DNA from: the human T2T-CHM13v2.0 reference genome, Homo sapiens
Length of the DNA: 64,000 nt
Reading direction: 5' to 3' (one strand)
Assembly: GCF_009914755.1 (NCBI RefSeq)
Contig: NC_060926.1
This document shows positions 1 through 16,856 of the stretch, one piece after another. Every line of letters begins with the position of its first letter. The stretch's first letter is position 1. Under the pieces are notes generated by a model. It had not been told where the DNA came from. It saw only the letters and a list, made by a program, of their open reading frames with translations, and did not search any database. Both the position numbers and the translations under genes were made by a program.

Positions 1-104
1 AAAATTCCAACAAAAAATATATATATATACCAAGATTGACAGAATTAGAAAATCACCATATGCGGCAACAGTGATAGGAAGTTTCAGGTAAGATTAGTGG
101 ATGC

Positions 105-629
105 TGTGGTAGACAGACCTAAAAAGGCTTCCAGTAATCCCTGCTTTGTGTACTCATGGCCCTACATAATTCCTTCCCCTGTAGTGTGGGTAGGGCCTGT
201 AATCAGCTTCTAATAATCAAAAAAGAACAAAGGTAAAGGGTCTCACATAAGTGACTATTTCACATATGACTGCAGTGTCCTCGCTTGATGACTCTTCCTT
301 GCTGGCTTTGAGGAAGCATGTGGCCATGTTGGGGAAGGCCACAGAACTCAGGACAGCCTCTAGCCAAATGCCAGCTAAGAATCCAGACCCTCAATCTGAT
401 AACCCACAAGGATTGAATCTTTCCAACAACCACATGAGCTTGGAAGCTGATCATTCCCCAATCAAGTCTTCAGGTAAAAACTCAGCCCTGACCAACGCTC
501 TGCTGCATTGCCGAGGATCAGGTAAAGCCGTGCTCAGACTCCTGACACATAGAAACTGAGATAATAAATGCACTGTTTTAAGCTGCTAAATCTGTGATAA
601 TATTGTTAAGCAGCAATAGATTAATAACA
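105..629 (+). mobile_element. MaLR solo LTR (MLT1-like)
   Basis: Starts TGTGGTAG and ends with the typical MLT1 3' end (ttttaagctgctaaat...gcagcaatagattaataaca). Confidence 0.7.
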
Positions 630-2050
630 TGCTAAAATTAGTGGGCAAAGGTACAATGAGAAACAAGATGTTTACAGAGTCTCAGAGTATCTTCACCCCA
701 AAATACTTACTAATTACAAAGGGGAAAAATGGTATCTTTACAGTGAAGAAACAGTAGACATTGCATAAACCAAGTAATCACAGTTACCATCACTAATACT
801 GTGGTACACTGAAATCATGGAATCCAGATATATTATGGTAAAAATGTCCTATCGATCCTGTGACACTCCTGCCAAAACTGCACAACTTAAATCTAATCAT
901 AATTAAACAGCAGAAATAAAAATTGAGAAACAATCTGCAAAACAGCTGGCCTGCACTAAAAAAAATGTCTAGTCATGAAAGATAAAGACTGAAGTACAAT
1001 TCCAGATTAAAGAAGAGTAAAGATACATGAAAACTAAATGCAAATACAACATGTGATCCTGGATTAGGACATCAGTGGGAGAATTACCAAATCTGGATAA
1101 AGTCTGATTAGATAATATTGTGCCAATGTAGATTTCCTATTAACTATTTTACCCTGTAGTTAAAGAATGTACTTGCCTTTAGAAAATATATTCTGAAGTT
1201 TGCTTGCTTGACTGACTTATTTATTTATTTATTTATTTTTAGACAGGATCTTGCTCTGTCCCCCAGGCTAGAGTGCAGTGGTGCAATCATAGCTCACTGC
1301 AGCCTTGAACTCCTGGGCTCAAATTTAATTCTCCTGCCTCCACCTCTAGAGTAGTTGGGACTACAAGTGTGCACCACGATACCTGGCTAATTATTTTATT
1401 TTATTATTGTATAGAGACGGGCTCGCTTTGTTGCCCAGGTTGGTCTTGAACTCCTGCACTCAAGCAATCCTCCCACCTCAGCTCCCGAAGTGCTGAGATT
1501 ATAGGTGTGAACCACTGCATCAAGCCTACTCTGAAGTATTTAAAAGTGAATGGGGCATTATGTCTACAATTTATCCTCAGACATCTCAGAAACACAAATT
1601 AGACAGATGTTAACATCTGGAGAATCCAGATAAAGTTTATATAAGAATTCTTTGTACTACCTTTGCAACTTTTCTAAGTCTGCAATATACCATATAAAGT
1701 TAAATAAATGTATATGATTTTTAAAAAAGTAAGTATATGAGAAAAGTCTATACAACAATTTGGACCAATGAAAAGAAAGAAGTACTGATCAATGCTACAA
1801 ACATGATGGAATTTGGAGTTTATGATTACATATTATATGATTCCATTTATATGAATGTCCAGATATGGCCAAACTTACAGAGACAGAAAGTAGATTACAG
1901 GCTGTTAGGAGGAGCCAGCATTACCCGTATCCAGTATGAGAGATCTCACTGGAGTGATGAAAACATTCTAAAACCGGATTATGGTGATAATAGCACAACT
2001 CAGTAAATTTACTTAAAACCATTGAACTGTGCACTGAAAACAGGTGGAGT
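630..2050 (+). mobile_element. Old L1M 3' fragments interrupted by an antisense AluJ (~1218-1525)
   Basis: L1M 3'UTR motifs (tgtgatcctggatt, atgattccatttatatga, attgaactgtgcact) flanking an Alu on the minus strand. Confidence 0.65.
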
Positions 2051-2054
2051 TTCT

Positions 2055-2930
<876 letters not shown>

Positions 2931-3539
2931 TGTTCCCATATTTTCTATGAACACGTATATATTCTCCCAGGGTCCCAGGGTCAAATAAAACAAAATGTAT
3001 CCAGAAAACAAAGCACTTGATCACTTGACTAACCAAAGGAAAAGAAAACCATTCCAAAACAAACACCATAAATATCCACTTATCAAATAAGAAGCAGCAA
3101 GAAAATGAAAACACTGGGGCAACTTATGTCTCTCTGCTTTATTTAGAGTGTTCATCTTTCTGCTGTTTCTGGACCTGCACTATGATGGACGGACACTAAT
3201 GAATGGATTCAATATGGCACAAACTGATCTACCATGTAAAGAGTACAATAATGCCACTGACACTCCTAGAACAACTCCTGCTTATGATGCAATGAGTTGC
3301 AAGTAATTCAGGTTATCTGGCGAACTAAAGATTTAATGGACTGAATCTCACTGGCAAGAAGCCTATCAACATTAATACTAAAAATTGAGTTGGCGAGAAG
3401 AATTCATCTTCCACCTTCACACAGAAATTTTGAAAGCCCAAAAATGATAATAAAAGGTAAAAGAAACTTGTAGATAATAAAAGGTAAAAGTAACTCTTTA
3501 CTCTGCAAGGTTTTCTCTACATAAAAATTTAACAGTAAG

Positions 3540-5403
3540 TCCTCGGGCCCCTTTTCCTACACTTTTCTCTTCTCCCCGACCGGAGGGGCCGCTCTTTCTG
3601 CGCGGTGCATTCTGGGGACCGAGGTGGAGCCCGCCGCTGCCGCCATCGCCTGAGGGAAGCGAGAAGAGGCCGCGACCGGGAGAAAACGCAGAGTCGTCAC
3701 CGGAGAGAAGTCGACTCCCTAGCAGCAGTCGACGCCAGAGGGCCGCCCACCTGTTCGCCCGTCCCCCTGCCCTGTTCACAATGCAGCCTGCTTCTGCAAA
3801 GTGGTACTATCGAAGGGACTATGTCTTCACTGAATTCTGTGAACACAGTAAGGATGTTCATGTAAATTTTGAAAAATCCAAACTTAACATTCAGTTGTCT
3901 CAGAGGAAGTGATAATTTTAAGTATTTAAATGAAGTTGATCTTTTTCACAGTATTGATCCTAATGATTCCAAGCATAAAAAAAACGGACAGATCAATTGT
4001 ATGTTGTTTACGAAAAGGAGAATCTGGCCAGTCATAGCCAAGGTTAACAAAAGGAAGGGCAAAACTCAATTGGCTTAGTGTGGACTTCAGTAATTGGAAA
4101 CACTGGGAAGATGGTTCAGATGAAGACAGGTCTAATTTTGATCGTTTCTCTGAGATGATGAACAACATGGGTGGTGAAGAGGATGCAGATTGACCAGAAG
4201 TAGATGGAGCAGGTGATGATTCACAAGACAGCGATGATGAAAAAATGCCAGATCGGGAGTAAGGAATACTGTCATCACCTGGATTTTGGGAAAGAAAAAT
4301 AACTTCTCTGCAAGATTTCACAATTGAGAGAATTCCTAAGTTGACAGCTCTAAAGGCAGATGCTGTATTTGCCTACTTTGACCCATTTTTCAGCCTGCTT
4401 GTTTTTTTAAAAGGCTTCACTAAGGGTTGATATGTACCATTGTATGGGGCAATTTTAAGTCAGCTAAGGCAATAACCTTATGCATGAACATTTCCTAGAT
4501 TTTCATGAAGCTGTTGAGTGAGGTCCTAGGCAATTGATGCAGCAGTTGTGATAAATAAAAACATCTCACCACCTAAGTCTCCTTTTCTTCATAACATAGA
4601 TACTGACATGATAGGAAGCTCTCAGCTTACGGAAAGAGAACTAAATTTTAGATTATAGAACATGGATTCAAAAATGGCTGGAACAAATTGGCTGACACCT
4701 TACTGGTAACCTGCTATTCCTCTGGTGTTATCCTTCAGGATTGTTCCAAGTTTATTTTTCAAAATATTTACTTCACATTATTCTATATAAGTGATTACTT
4801 GTCAGTATTCACATGTATCTTAGCTAAAACTAGAGAATGCCCTAATTTAGATGGTTTTTGAAGCCTGTATATTTGGTATTGTTTGACCCTTAGGTGTTTT
4901 TACATCTCTTAGCACGGAAGATGAAGAAAGCTGTACATTGTTGTTTGTTTAAGAGTCTGTACATTTAGACCAGATTTGTATCTGCACTGTCAGTATGGCA
5001 AATGAGTGAAAAACGTTTAATACAGTATTGGATTTCTTTCTTTTTTTTTTTTTCAGCTTATACCAGGGCTTAAAACCTCAATTTATGTTCATGACAGTGG
5101 GGATTTTTCTTGATGTCCACATTCTTTCTAATAAACTGTTGGAAGACTTCTTGGCTGTCCTTTTAAGTGTCTGGCTTACTGTAATTTTTATGTATTTACC
5201 ACTTACTGGAATGGAGTTTTTATTTTTAATTGAGGAAAAATTTGGGATTATTTCTCTGTTTGAAAAAAGAGGCTTGCTGTAATGTCATAGGAAACCTTTT
5301 TAAAGTGGATCTGTAATAGAATATTGTAGATGCACTTTGCAGCAATTGGAAAAGAAAGTGTTGTGATTTGATTGAAATAAAACTAAATGTGTTGTCCTCC
5401 TCT
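3540..5403 (+). pseudogene. PTGES3P2: PTGES3 (p23 co-chaperone) processed pseudogene, full length with 5'UTR and long 3'UTR; antisense in ASXL2 intron 3
   Basis: The intronless CDS remnant 3781-4262 reads MQPASAKWYYRRDYVFTEFC...KLTFSCL...NWLSVDF...DDEKMPDRE*. It has a 1-codon deletion, two frameshifts (~3886, ~3980) and two premature stops (TAG ~4035, TGA ~4191). The 5'UTR is GC-rich and AATAAA lies at ~5376. The parent gene call is firm; the P2 number is from memory. Confidence 0.93.
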
Positions 5404-6614
5404 AAAATATATATAGCAATAATTAGTAGTTATGCTGAAATTAATAATTTGAAACTATGTTTATGTACTGAAAGGATACATTTATAATGCTGTTTTGAAC
5501 TAAAGGTTTCAATATAAAAGAAAAAAATACAAATATAAAATCAAATAATAATACTAAAACTCCATAAACTCAGGAAAAAAAATATGGAAAAGAAGCTGTC
5601 TTGATTTCTCATTCATTTAATATTTACAAAGGACCTATCATATAGCAACACGGTAGTATGTGCAGGTGGTATAAAAGATGAAGTGGAAGTTTCCATAAGA
5701 AAGAAGTACTCATTCTTACATTTTAATGTAAAAATAACTGAACTGGAGCTGAGCTGAGCCAAATGACAGTCTCTTTACTAGTGTGCACGTACACACACAC
5801 ACACACACACAATTTGCCTCCAGAAAAATTCAGCAAATAGATAGAAGTTTAAAATGTACACTATCTAAAAACTGTTAGCCATATTTGCAATTTTGCTATC
5901 AATTCAAGAATCGAACAAAATCAGAAACTCAGGTTTAGAGCTTGTTTTCTAATTTGTCAGTCTCCAACCCCGTGGTTTACAAATAACAGTATATTCAACT
6001 GTAAATGCAGTAGCACTTGTAGCAAAATTATGATTCTTAATGTTTCCTAATTATGTATTTTTTTAAAAAGAGATCTCTTCCCAAAATTAACTGGTAACTT
6101 TTCCGGTAACTAATGATGTCTAATTTCCCCACTGAGCATCATGACATTTTCACTATTCTTTCTTTCATTCTTAGTTTCTTTCTGGGGCTCAAAGACACAT
6201 GTAAATGAAGTCCAGAATAAAGGTCATTAAGTATACATGGCCCATCAACTTTCAAAGTTAAAAGTCTCAGCTTTAGCTTGCTTTGTCTTGTCTATAATCC
6301 TTCTCATTCTAAAGGCTCTTGCCAAAACTCTAAAACTTACTTGTTTTACCAATTCTGAATCATTGCATTGTGAGCAGAAGTTAATAAAAATCACATTCTT
6401 ATCCTTCACTTTCTTAACCACCCATCACTGTCTAGATTTTAAATTTAACAAGGTAAAATGAACATTAACCTTCCTGAAAAAGTTAAAGGCATACCTCTGC
6501 TCATTCTCTTTACCTTAGGCAAATGTTCTCTATTTCCTACTAATATAACAAGATGGCTGTTTCTCCTACATTAGATTAAATTGTGCCCCATTCAAATAAA
6601 TGCAAAATCCTAGA

Positions 6615-7140
6615 ACTTTTTTATTGTGGTAAAATATACATAAAATTTACCATCTTACCTAAGTGTACAGGTTCAGTAGTGTTAAGTACAGTCACCCTGT
6701 TGAGCAACCTTTTCATCTTACAAAACGGAAACTCTACACCCACTAAACAGCAACCATCTTCCCCTGCCCACCAGCTCCTGGCAACCACCATTCTCTTTGT
6801 CTCTATGAATCTGACTACTCTAGGTATCTCATATAAGTGGAATCGTACAGTATTTTTTATTTTTTGTCTGGCTTATTTCACTTAGCACAATGTCTTCAAG
6901 ATTCATCCATGCTGCAGCAGGTGTCATTTTCCTTTCTTTTTAAAGCTGAATATTCCATTGAATATATATGCTACATTTTGTTCATCCATCCATCCACCCA
7001 TCAATGGATATTTGGGTTGTTTCTTCCCTTTGGCTACTGTGAATCACGCTGCTATGAACACTAGTGTTAAAACTATCTGTTAAGTCTCTGCTTTCGATTC
7101 TTTTGCGTATACAGGCAAAAGAGGAATTGCTGGGTAAAAT
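6615..7140 (-). mobile_element. L1MB-like 3' fragment
   Basis: Typical antisense L1M 3' end (ctggcttatttcacttagca, tattccattg, gctgctatgaaca). Confidence 0.75.
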
Positions 7141-9491
7141 AAAATCCTACAACTTTTGATCATTCTTTACTTAATTCTCAGTTTACACAACTCTCTCTCT
7201 GTTTTCAACACCTACTAACAAAAATCAGATAAGATATCGGTTGACAAGGGAGCTCCATAGGTGACCTAGACCATTTACCTACAGGTACTTGTACCCCGTC
7301 TAAGGTATCTAAACAGGTAATCACCCAATGTCTTATACAAGCATACAACGTGGTGGGCGGGCACTATGTCCTCAAGCATTTCCAATTATTCACAAATTCC
7401 TTCTTAAGCTAAGCTAAATACTCTTCCTATAAGTCTATTTATAAGTCTACCTTTATGATGGAAATCAGTAGTATAATGCTGGGAAAATCTGGGGGGCTCT
7501 TTGTTTTCCTCTGCAATGTTTGAATTTTGAAACTGATTTTGCAACAAATTATCTTTGAAAGTGGGCTGGAAAAGTTTGACATTATTTCTTTATCATTCCA
7601 ATGACAGTTGTTTAAGTATTTTAAGACTTCATGAAATCCTGAAGTCTACTCCTTTCCAGATTATTTTTGGTCTCCTCACTGGCATTCCATGCTGCACCCA
7701 ATCCAAAGAATCTTTAATACATTAAGCTTGTACCGTCCATCCTTAAAATTCATCAGTGTCTGCCAATATTTGTTATCCCCATTTCAAACCTTTGATAAAC
7801 AGGTTTAAGGGACATCACTAATCCAACTTATTTGATCCTAGAGATATTCTCCCTTGCAATAACAAGTTACTGCCTAATTCCTACTTTAATCCCCAATCTC
7901 TTGTCCATTTTTTCCGTACTCCTTCCTATAAAATACAGTTGTCAAAACTTGGCCTTAAGGCCACAATGATTAATCATTTTCCCTATTCCTGGCTGAACTA
8001 TACACAATCTATATTTATCCTTCAAAGCTCAATCCCTTGAACTTCAATAGGATTAAATAATAGACTTTCAAGGTAAAAAAAAAAAAAAAAAAAAAAAAAA
8101 AGTCATCTAGACCAGATGCTTAAATGCCCTCACTTCAAGTCGATTTTATTTTATTTATTTGTTCATTTATTTAGAGACAGGGTCTTGCTCTGTAACCCAG
8201 GCTGGCTCAATCATACTGCAGCCTTGAATTCCTAAGCTCAAATGCTCCTTCCTCCTCAGCCTCTTGAGTAGCTGAACCACATGTCTGCATCACCACGAAC
8301 AGCTAATAATTTTTTTTTTTTTTTTTTTTTGGGTAGAGATAGGGTCTCCCTATGTTGCCCAAGCTAGTCTCAAACTCCTGGGCTCAAGCGATCCTCCCGC
8401 TTCACCACCCAAAGTGATTACAGGCATAAGCCACCACACCTGGCCTAAAGTCAATTTTAAATATAAAGATATAATAAATTTATAGTCATTGTATCTACAA
8501 TCTTTCATTCACATGATATCCACTTAGACATATATCTGTAAACACACACCCACAATCATTATTCACATATGAACTCTCGAAATTTAATACTACATAACTT
8601 TAAGACCAAAAATAGATTTTATGGCATACTTACATGCCTTTACAAACAGAAAACACAGAACAAAACTGACCTCAACAGCACACTTACATTGGAAATTTCT
8701 AAATTACGTTTGGTAATTTAGAAATTACTGAATTAATAAATAGTCTTGGTTGATTTTAGATTTAAATTTAAATTTTTGTATTCCTACACATCTTCAGTAA
8801 AACATTTTTCCTTCCCTTGATCACATTACCTGCAATTCCACCATGATTGATTCATTCGGATTAACAACTAATCTGCTTTTTAAAAAGAAATAATATAAAT
8901 GTAGCTTTTAACTTTGATTTAAAAAGTAAACATTTGATTCATCCACACTTCAATCAATTTGTTTCTTCATACTCTTTTCCTCCCCAAAATACACCATCAA
9001 ACAAATGGGAATAAAAGCACTAAAGACATAAGGGAAAGGGTGTGTAGGAAAACTTTTAAACAAGCAGCTTGGGGTAAGTAGATCTAGTTGTGGCCCCAAA
9101 ATGAGAGGTTCTAGGTCAACAGAGCAGCAGATGGGCACAGAACAAATGAGAGTGATCTAGGAATCGCCTAGAGAGGGAGGTCATAGCAATAAAAGATTCC
9201 TTGGAAATTTTTTGTTGTTGTTTGCTTTACCTTACCGTTAACACCTAACTATAAACCTTCACTCTATCATCCCATTATTGTCTTCCACTAACATCTTCTA
9301 AAAAGCATGGCTTTGTCCACTAGCATTAACAAGTGGGCAAAACAGTTTCAAATGAAAAAAAAAAAGGAGTCCAGTAATTCTATGTTCTATTTTTAAGTAA
9401 ACAAATGAAATAACAAGGTTCAATATTATTTAGATTAGATAATTACAAACTCTTGGTATAGAAGGGCCTTAGAGAACAATCTAACTTTTCA

Positions 9492-10250
<759 letters not shown>

Positions 10251-10593
10251 TTAGATATGTAATTTTTCACTGATTTTATGTGTTTATCTATGAGATAATG
10301 ATCTCACAAGGCTTATTAAAGATTAAACAGACCATGTGAATGGACTCCCATCTTAGTCAAGGCCATTTCACTACTGGTTTATTACAGCATCAGGCTTTTC
10401 AATCTTATGAGGAATAGGAAATAAAAAGTAGGCCAGATGTGGCAGTGTACACCTGTAATACCACCTACTACAGAAGCTATGGTGGGAGAATCACCTGAGC
10501 CCAGAAGGTCGAGGCTGCAGTGAGCTATGATCACACCACTGCACTCCTGCCTGAGACAAACAGAGAGACAGAGACAGAAACACAGAAAGGGAG

Positions 10594-10629
<36 letters not shown>

Positions 10630-11079
10630 GAGGGTTTATCATCTGAGGTAAAAGGAGTATTAGTGAGGAAAACAAAATACTTATGAATGAATATAAACTA
10701 TGGGCATGGTTCTGAAAGAACTCAGCTGGAGAGAGAGAATAAAAATCAACAGATTCAATTAAGTAAACCAAAAGACAGAAATTTCGCAATTTTATACCTT
10801 TGTCCTACTTGGTATTCTTGTTGATTTAGCAAACAGAGCTTGGATATCTAAACAGCTAACACTACTTATTACAATTATTTTCTACTTTGAACCAGAGTTA
10901 CCAGTCCTGATGTAGCCATTTATATTGAGATTCAGAGTTTTGAAGTAGTTGGTTGACCCATTAATTTTACCAATTCCTGGCATTTCCCAACTAAGAGAAG
11001 TAACTTAGTTATGGTAGATCTTAGGAGATTATTAAATGACTTTCGTTGCAAGTTTATGTTCCCTCAAGTCTCAAAAATA

Positions 11080-14620
<3,541 letters not shown>

Positions 14621-15361
14621 TTACATTTTTCTGTTGTACTTTAATTTTCTATAGTGAGCAATGGACAGCTGTTGTTTATTCCTGGCCAATATCCATTCCC
14701 TCTTCTTCTGCAAAGAATGCTCAATTTTGGCTGGGCATGGTGGCTCATGCCTGTAATCCCAGCACTTTGGAAGGCTGAGGTGGGCAGATCACTTGAGGCC
14801 AGGAGTTTGAGATCGGCCTGACCAACACAGTGAAACCCCATCTCTATTAAAAATACAAAAAATTAGCTGGGCGTGGTAGCGTGCGCCTGTAATCTCAGTT
14901 ACTCAGGTGGCTGAGGCAGGAAAATTGTTTGAACTCAGGAGGCAGAGGTTGCAGTGAGCTGAGATTGCACCACTGCTCTCCAGCCTGGGCAACAGAGCAA
15001 GACCCTGTCTCAAAAAAAAAAAAGCTTAATTTTGCTTTGGGGAACTATGCCCTCCCCTACTGGAAATAGTCTTGGTAAGACTGTCCATCAAGATATCTCA
15101 CCATCCCTGGGCACTGGGCCAACCAAGTTCACTCTTCCCTTAAAGTTTAACCTTGAGCAGAGTAGACAATGACTAATTTAGCCCAGCTGCAGTGTCTTGA
15201 TGAGACTATGCATTAGTTCTATCTACCTGATCTCTGAAGCTGCCTTCCTTCTCCTAATTTCAGAGCCCGTTTCTTGCCTTTGAGTCTGAGTCTTGCCTCT
15301 GCTCCCATATTCTTTAAATAAATCTTGTTTTGCTTAAGTTATTCACATTTGGTTCCTATCA

Positions 15362-15715
<354 letters not shown>

Positions 15716-16007
15716 TCAAACAAACATAACACAAAACAAAATATACCTATTTTATTTTTTAATTATAATTTTAACTTTGTAAGACCTTAATTAAGCTTTC
15801 ATCCACAAACTCTTGCTTACAATAAACAGGTTCTTACAAATGAACTTAATGGACTACAAATATAACTAGAGTTAAAAAGACTAACTACGCTCTAATTATA
15901 ACCCAAGCATGCCATGTCCAAGTAACATGAAAATACATGGGCATGACTGTTGCCCTCAAGTCTCACAGGCAATACGACTGTTGCCCTCAGGTCTCACAGG
16001 CGTGTAA

Positions 16008-16352
<345 letters not shown>

Positions 16353-16853
16353 TAGTCTCGAACTCCTGACCTCAAGTGATCCACCCACCTCGGCCTCTCA
16401 AAGTGCTGGGATTACCAGGTGTGAGCCACCATGCCCAGCCGATTTACCAATATTTTATCTAAATTAAGAGCACAAACATACATTTTCAATCTTACAGCCA
16501 TAAAGCAAATGTTAATATACATGTTTCCAGTCTACTAAATACTTTCATTATTACTCTGCAGAATACTTGGCATCCCAACGCTTTTATAAGTCAAATGTTG
16601 ATTTTAATAAACCTTAATGTAGATCGGATTTCTAAACTTATGATCAAACAATAATTACAAACTGCAAGAACCAAACAAAGCACACTTAACGAATAAACAC
16701 TAACATAATAATATCGATATTACTTAGTTTCTGGACTAATTATTTAGTTTTATAAAGTAAAACTCATGCATCCAAAGGTAAGTTCAATTAAATTTATAAA
16801 AGTGTGCTTTATAATTGCATAATACTTCTTTAGAATAAAGTAATACTTCTTAC

Positions 16854-16856
16854 CTT
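16854..16856 (-). CDS. ASXL2: ASXL2 exon 3, 3-nt microexon (AAG)
   Basis: Minus strand reads tttttttttccttctttcattttcctgcactgcattccaactccag|AAG|gtaaga. Exon 2 ends in AG, and AG|A AG|T gives the R-S of the known ...KEIRSGTSPL... sequence. ASXL genes are known to carry a 3-nt exon 3. Confidence 0.9.

Noticed and set aside
3926-4321. 131-aa Ser-rich minus-strand ORF
   Set aside because: Antisense shadow of the Asp/Glu-rich PTGES3 pseudogene CDS.
3520-5420. Target-site duplication for the PTGES3 retrocopy
   Set aside because: The flanks (aaaatttaacagtaa versus aaaatatatatagcaa) are too degenerate to call.
15945-16001. Repeat-spacer-repeat pattern as a possible CRISPR array
   Set aside because: Only two copies with a 5-bp spacer, in a primate intron with no cas genes.
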